Source of the DNA: Rebecca billardiae RCC1528
Taxonomy: Eukaryota; Protista; Haptophyta
Direction: 5' to 3'
DNA: 64,000 bases
NCBI GenBank assembly: GCA_965240325.2
Contig: OZ251223.1
Span: forward strand, 496,001-560,000
Each line of letters begins with the position of its first letter. The first letter of the stretch is position 1. Positions 58,784-64,000 of the stretch are shown here, piece after piece. Made by a program: the position numbers and the translations under genes. The notes below the pieces were generated by a model, which saw only the letters and a program-made list of their open reading frames with translations, was not told the origin of the DNA and searched no databases.

Positions 58784-61700
58784 TCAGCCGCCCGTGGACC
58801 CCGTCGCGGACGTGTTGCGGACTGGCGCTCCGCTCGCTCGCGCCGAGCGCTCGCCGACGCTCGGCGACGACGGCACGGCCGCAGCGGCGGCGGAGAGCCC
58901 GACGCTGTTTGCACGTTGCATTGGCGGCGAGGGCGCGCCCGCGTACATCCGGTACGCAGAGCCGCGCTTCCCGTCCGACTTGCGGCTCTTGCGCGCGACG
59001 CGCATGAAGCCGCTCGGCCGCGCGTGCCGGCCCGACATCTTGCCCTCGTGCTCGCGCGCCGGCGTGAGCGCCTCCTCCAGGATTTCGTCAAACCGCATCG
59101 CCTCGCGCGCGGTGAGACCGGTCGCGTGCGCGGCGGCGACGGGCAGCGCGTCGCCCGTCAACTGCCGGTTGAGGAACGTGAAGCGAGATCGGATCTCCGA
59201 GGAGGACATCTTGCGGCCCATCTCGCCCAGCTTGCGAGAGCCTGTCGTCTTGGGGCCGCCCTCAAGTCCGGGCGCCTTCGCACTCCCGTCCGAGTCGGCC
59301 GTGCCGCCACCCTCGTCACCTGCGCCGCCCGCGCCGCCCGCGCCGCCGTCCTCCATTTTCTCAGTGGTCAGACGGATCGAGTCGAGAAGCCTTCGGGAGG
59401 AGCCCAGCCGGCCGGCCGCTCCGGCGCGCATGCTGCGCGCGGTGAGGGCCGCGGCCGCCGCGGTCGTCGGCGCGGTCGTCGCGCCCGCCGCGTCGTCGCC
59501 CGCCGCGCCCGCCTCCTCCTCCGCGCCCCCTTCGGCGCCTGCCGGCCGCAGCCAGCTCGGCAGCGCGTCCGTCAGCTCCAGCTCGCCGAGGCCTGGCACG
59601 CTTAGCGTGTGCCGGCGTGACGTGAGCCGCGCGTCCGCCGCGGTGAACTCGGATGCGTCCAGCGTCGCCGCCTTCGCCACCATCGTCGCGACGAAGGGGC
59701 GCAGGCCGCTCGAGCTCGCGGCGCGCTGCCCGACCTGTCGGTGGATGGTGCCCTTCCGAGCGACCTGCCGCGTGGCCGCGTAGAAGTGACCAGAGGTGCG
59801 CGAGCTCGCGGCCAGGAGCATCGCGACGCCGGGAAGCGGTATCGCGGTCGCGCCCGCCCACACCGCCGCGCTCGGGTCGGGGTCGGCGTTCCCGCCGGTG
59901 TGCACCTGCGCGAGCGCGGCCGCGCCAAGGCCGTACTCCTCGGCGAACCATTCAGCGTCAAGCTCCGCAGGCCAGCTCGCCGCGGCGCCGCGCGCCGGCT
60001 TTGCAATGCGCGCGCGCTGCGAGCGCGCACTCACGGCGCGCACGGCGGCGCGGACGTGCTCGCGAACTGCCCAGCCGGTGCCGCCGCCGACGGCGGCGAG
60101 CTGGTCGTACAGCGCGGAGGGCAGCGAGGCGCGCGACGCCTCGGAGCGCGGCACGAGCCTCAGCGGCACGCCGAGCGCCTCGCACTGCGCCGCAAGAATC
60201 ACCGCCGCCTCGCCCGCGTGCGGCAAGCACGCCTCGGCGTTAGGCAGGATGCGGAGATCGCGGCGCGCGTTGACGGCCGTCGCGACCGCCGTGCCTGAGC
60301 TCAGCGAGTTGCGCGTCGAGGGCACGGCCGTCGGCGCGATGGCGGAGGACGAGACGCCCAGCGAGCCGGCCATGCTGTAGCCGTCATCGCCCGCGTCGTC
60401 GTCGGTCGAGTCGTCGTCGTCGCCGTCGCCGCCCTGGCTCGGCCGCCCGCCAGCGCGCTCGTGCTTCGGGCCGCCCGCGCCGCCGCCGCCCTCGTCCGCG
60501 TCTGACGGCTGCATCGACGCGGGTACGTTGGGGTTGAGGAGTCCGCTTGCGTCGGGCGAGATGTCGCCGAGCGCCACCACGCACTCGGCGTGCTCACGGA
60601 AGAGCAGCGGCCGCTGCCGCGCGAGCTGGGCCAGCAGCAGCGGGCACGTGGCGCACACGAGCCGAGCGCCCGAGGGCAGCTTGGCAAACACGGACGCAAG
60701 GCGCTCGAGCGCGCCATTCGCGCCGTTGTCCGCCTCATCAAAGCAGAGGACAGACGTCTGCGCCGTCAGCCCCAGCTGGTCGCACAGCTCGGCGGCGGAC
60801 GGGCGCATCGGCGTGCGGCGCCGCGTCGCCTCCACCCCGTCGGCGCCGAGCACGGTCGCGGTCTTGGGCGACTTGGGCGCGCCCTGCTTTCGGAAGGACG
60901 ACTCGGTGGGCGGCGGCGTGGGCGGCGGCGTCGCCGCGCGGCCAGAGAGCATACTCGACTTTGTTGGCGCGGCGTAGCTCGGCGTTCCCGACGCGGACGT
61001 CGGCCGGCTCCCCGTCGGTCGAGCCGACGACCGGCCCTGCTGCGGCGGCGTCAGCGGCGTGCCAGCCGCGTGCCGCTGCGGCGGGGGCGAGCTGCCGCCG
61101 CGCCCCGCCGCCGCCGCCGCCGCCGCGGGGCGCTCCTCCTCCACAGGGTGCGGCTCGGCGCGCGTGAAGATGAGGACGGCGGCGCACTCGAGTGCGTTGA
61201 ACTCGATCAGCGCGCGCAGCAGCAGCAGCACCGGCGCGCTCGCCACCGTCTGCGCGTCGTGCACCGCCAGCACGATCGTCTGCCGCTCGCCGCTGCGCAC
61301 GTGGACGCCGATCGCGCGCGCGATCGCCTGAAACACGAAGAGTGAAAGGTCCTTGCCAAAGCCGTCGCGCACGCCGGTGCGCTCCGCAGAGACGCCGATG
61401 ACCTCGTGAGTCACCTGTTGGCCGCCGCCGGCCCCGCCGCCCGTCGCGCGCTCCGCCTCCTCCGTCGGCAGCGAGACGGGCGCGGCGACCGACGACGAGG
61501 GCGCCGGGGAGATCGGAGGCGAGATCGGCGCCGGCACCGCCGGGATCGTCAGCTTGAGCGGGTCGAAGAAGACCGTTGCGAGCGTCGGGCAGCACGCGAC
61601 GAGAGCAAGCACTGTGCGAGCGCGCGCCGAGGGCGGCGCGGAGGCACGCGGCACGCCGCGCTCAGCCGCGCGGCGGGCGCGAAGGTGCGCGCGGCGGGCG

Positions 61701-63659
61701 GCGCGGCGCTTCGGCAAAGCGGCGCGGCCCAAGGCGCGGCGCGCCGCGCGCGCGCGCCGCATGCCGCGCGCGCATCGGCGCGCGCGCATCGGCGCGCCGC
61801 GCATCGGCGCGCCGCGCATCGGCGCGCGCGCATCCGCATCGGCGCTCACCGTCGTACATGTTGAAGGAGACGATCAGGTCCCAGATCGGGTCCTCCGAGC
61901 CGCGGTCCGACGCGCGCCCCTTGCAGAACGTGCTCGAGAACCACTCGCGGTCGCACCGCGCCGGCAGCCCCTCGCGCCCCGCGTCGCCGTCGGGCGCGCA
62001 CGCGCGGCGCCACAGCCGCTCAATCGAATCTCGCTGAACCTTCCGGAGACGCCAGCCGATCGGCGAACCGGACTGGGCGAGGTAGTCGTCTGCGCGCGCG
62101 AGGGGTCGCGGCGGCGTGGGCCGAGCGCGTGCCGGGCGGGGCGGGTGAGCGCCGGAGCAAGACTGCGCTCGGGCGGCGAGGCGCCTCGCGCCGGCGCGGC
62201 GCCCGCGAGGCCGCGCCGCGCGTCGAGCGAGCGCGCGCGCAGCGCGGCAGCATGGGGCGCGCGCGACGCACAGATCTCACGCCGGACGGGCGCCGCGTAC
62301 GCCGCGTAGCGCGTGACGACGGTGAGCGGGATGGCGCTGCGCTGGCACGCCTCGTACAGGTACGACGCGGCGCGCATGTCGAATGCCTGCGAGCCGAGTT
62401 GTCGCGCAGAGCGCGCGCGGACGCGCCGCGCGGCCGTGCGCACCGCGCGTGCAGTGCGCGCGCACAGCTCAGCACCGCCGGGGATCGGGCGGCGCCCGAG
62501 GGCGAGGCAGCAGAGAGCACGCCTGCGCGCGGGCGCGCGCGGGCGCGGGCGCGCGCGGGCGCGGGCGCGCGGGCGAGGCGAGGCGACGCACGTTGTTGTG
62601 CGCCGTGTCCGGCACCAGCATCGGCGGGTCGTGCGGGTCGTACGTGGTGGGACTGTCACGGCCGCTCGCGCTCCCGCCCGGCAGCGGCGAGAGGGGCGCC
62701 GGCGAGCCGGATGCGGCGCACGGCGTGACGGTGGCGCTCTCGCGGCCGGCGGAGTTGCGCGGGTTGTGCTCGGAGGGGTGGGCGGAGGGGCGGTCGGAGG
62801 TCCGACGCGAGCTGTCCGCCATCGACGTCTGCATCACCCCCGCGCCGAACGCCGAGGTGGGCAGCGGGATTCGCCCGCGCGTCGGCGTGGACGCCGGCGT
62901 GATCGCAGGCGTCAGCTTCCCCAGCACCTCCTCGCACGCGCTGACCGACTCGAGCGAGACGCCGCCCATCACCACGACGCGCTTGATCCGGTCGATGCAG
63001 AGCACCCCGTTGTCCCGCATGAAGAGCGCCGCGTCCTTGAACGACGAGATGCACAGCAGCGTGATCGACTTGGGCGGCGCGTCGCTCAGCGTGCGGTGCA
63101 GCAGCGCGCGGCCCGGCTCGATGTCGTGCGCGCGCTCCGAGTCGGCGGGCGGCAGGTACGACGCGGTTTCGGAGAAGTGGTCCTTCGCCTTCGGCGCGCC
63201 GCCGTCCGTGCCCGAGCCCACGGGCACGCCCTGCAAGCGCAGCAGGTCGAGCGTGCCGCGCGCGAGCCGCGCGCGCGAGCCGGACGGCTGCAGGTTCGCA
63301 ATCACAGCCTTGACCTCGATGAGCTGCTCGTCGACGAGGAAGCGTGCCATGAGGAGGGCCATCTCGTCGTCGAGGTCCTCGCCAACGTCCGTGATGATCA
63401 CCACGGCCTCGGCCGGCGGGCGCTCCTCCTCCTGCTCCTCGAGCTCGCGCGTGAGCTCGTGGAAGCGCAGGTGGTACGCGCAGAGCGCGCACACGAGCAG
63501 GAGCACGACGCACGCGAGCGCGGTGGCCGCGGCGAACCAGCCGACGCCAGAGATGGGGTCGTCCTCGTCGGTGTCGTCATCATCGTCATCCAACTGCGCC
63601 CACGCGGTGCTCGCGAAGGCGAGCAGCGCGAGGGCGTTAGCTCGTGTGGCGCCCAGCAT
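58784..63659 (-). CDS. Single-pass membrane protein with tandem XopQ/HopQ1-like nucleoside-hydrolase-fold domains (first intact, second degenerate)
   Basis: Signal MLGATRANALALLAFASTAWA, acidic mini-ectodomain, TM, IITDVGEDLDD, RARLARGTLD, VVMGG, VPDTAHNNAFD, LPARCDREWFSSTFC, FNMYDVLAL; introns 62387-62591, 62090-62271, 61612-61849; second degenerate copy about 59670-61280. Confidence 0.8.
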
Positions 63660-64000
63660 GGCTGGGCGACGCCTGCTGTGGCAAAACCCTTTGACTGGCT
63701 TGGGCCCTGCCGACGGCTCACGTACTATTCGAAAAACTATAATAGTACCATCGCGCGCAATCCCTAATAGACAGTAACGGACTTCACATACGTGGTTTTC
63801 TGTTGCTCCGAATGCTATCATACATTAGGCAAACACGTACCCATGCGGGTATGTAAGTTACGCTCGCCTTTTTTTTAAAAAAAATCTGCACTCTACTAAA
63901 GCGCGACTCGCTCGCTCGGGCAAAAGTGCGCGGTCTGGGACGCGTCTGGGACGGAGGAATTTCAGACTTTTTCGGGACTAAGCACCAGATCGACATCTGC

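Noticed and set aside
61612-61849. N-terminus MSADADARAPMRGAPMRG of the 1021-aa ORF
   Set aside because: Lies within a predicted GT-AG intron containing a 15-bp repeat

Overview
Eukaryotic, very GC-rich nuclear DNA with short GT-AG spliceosomal introns. The style and gene content suggest an alga, most like a haptophyte of the Pavlovales; this is inferred, not verified. About 20 protein-coding genes are supported. Housekeeping genes: PP4 catalytic subunit, RER1, RPS7 head-to-head with CCT2, OS-9/XTP3-B-like lectin, ALKBH7-like dioxygenase, Sgf73/ATXN7-like ZnF protein, HAD-like phosphatase, KMO-like flavin monooxygenase, homeobox and ankyrin proteins. Unusual genes: (i) two membrane proteins carrying nucleoside-hydrolase-fold domains that resemble the XopQ/HopQ1 bacterial effector family, one fused through about 6 TM helices to a degenerate TIR-like domain, which is the best candidate for an undescribed nucleotide-signalling system; (ii) two paralogous surface proteins with a 6-Cys ectodomain plus ShKT plus TM, one with a His-rich repeat stalk; (iii) a giant CNH-VPS9-LRAT fusion; (iv) stand-alone MHYT and GAF sensors; (v) an Rh channel with an altered gate. 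Non-coding structure includes a 398-bp near-perfect inverted repeat between divergent genes, tandem duplications, perfect hairpins and microsatellites. Most long ORFs in the supplied track are GC-rich antisense shadows. Family assignments rest on motifs recognised by eye, not on database searches.
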